DNA of 64,000 bases from Octopus sinensis (lineage: Eukaryota), in assembly GCF_006345805.1 (NCBI RefSeq), contig NC_043014.1, positions 45,756,001-45,820,000 on the forward strand, written 5' to 3'. The number at the start of each line of letters is the position of its first letter. The stretch's first letter is position 1. Shown one piece after another: positions 63,915-64,000 of this stretch. The notes under the pieces are model-generated. The model searched no databases, was not told the DNA's origin, and saw only the letters and a program-made list of their open reading frames with translations. Made by a program: the position numbers and the translations under genes.

Positions 63915-64000
63915 TACTCTTACTCTCTTTTACTTGTTTCAGTCATTTGACTGCGGCCATGCTGGAGCACCACCTTTAATCGAGCAACTCGGCCCCGGGA
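63915..64000 (-). mobile_element. SINE family A tail (runs off the window)
   Basis: CTCTTTTACTTGTTTCAGTCATTTGACTGCGGCCATGCTGGAGCACC. Confidence 0.85.

Overview
Repeat-dominated, AT-rich eukaryotic (animal) DNA with no recognisable host protein-coding gene; almost all ORFs in the track are translated (TA/CA/GA/GAT)n microsatellites or SINE read-through. The SINE set and microsatellite load look like an octopus (coleoid cephalopod) intron or intergenic region; this is inferred from recall of the repeats, not from a search. Contents: one decayed, 5'-truncated CR1/L2-group LINE (APE+RT, ~7.58-10.63 kb), an RTE-clade 3' fragment, at least five SINE-like families (labelled A-E here; about 20 copies of A), TTAA-flanked piggyBac-like MITEs, two GG-ended MITEs with 8-bp TSDs (Merlin-like), two non-autonomous Helitrons, several long fold-back palindromes, and a 100-N gap. 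Best leads: (1) a SINE-like element carrying a variable-number tandem array of putative H-type pseudoknot + hairpin modules behind a tRNA-Glu half (41.35-41.88 kb); (2) short (TA)n-embedded fragments with minimal type-I hammerhead ribozyme architecture (Penelope-like); (3) a covarying 3' stem-loop shared by the LINE and SINE A, pointing to their partnership. All coordinates were read by eye and may be off by a few bases.
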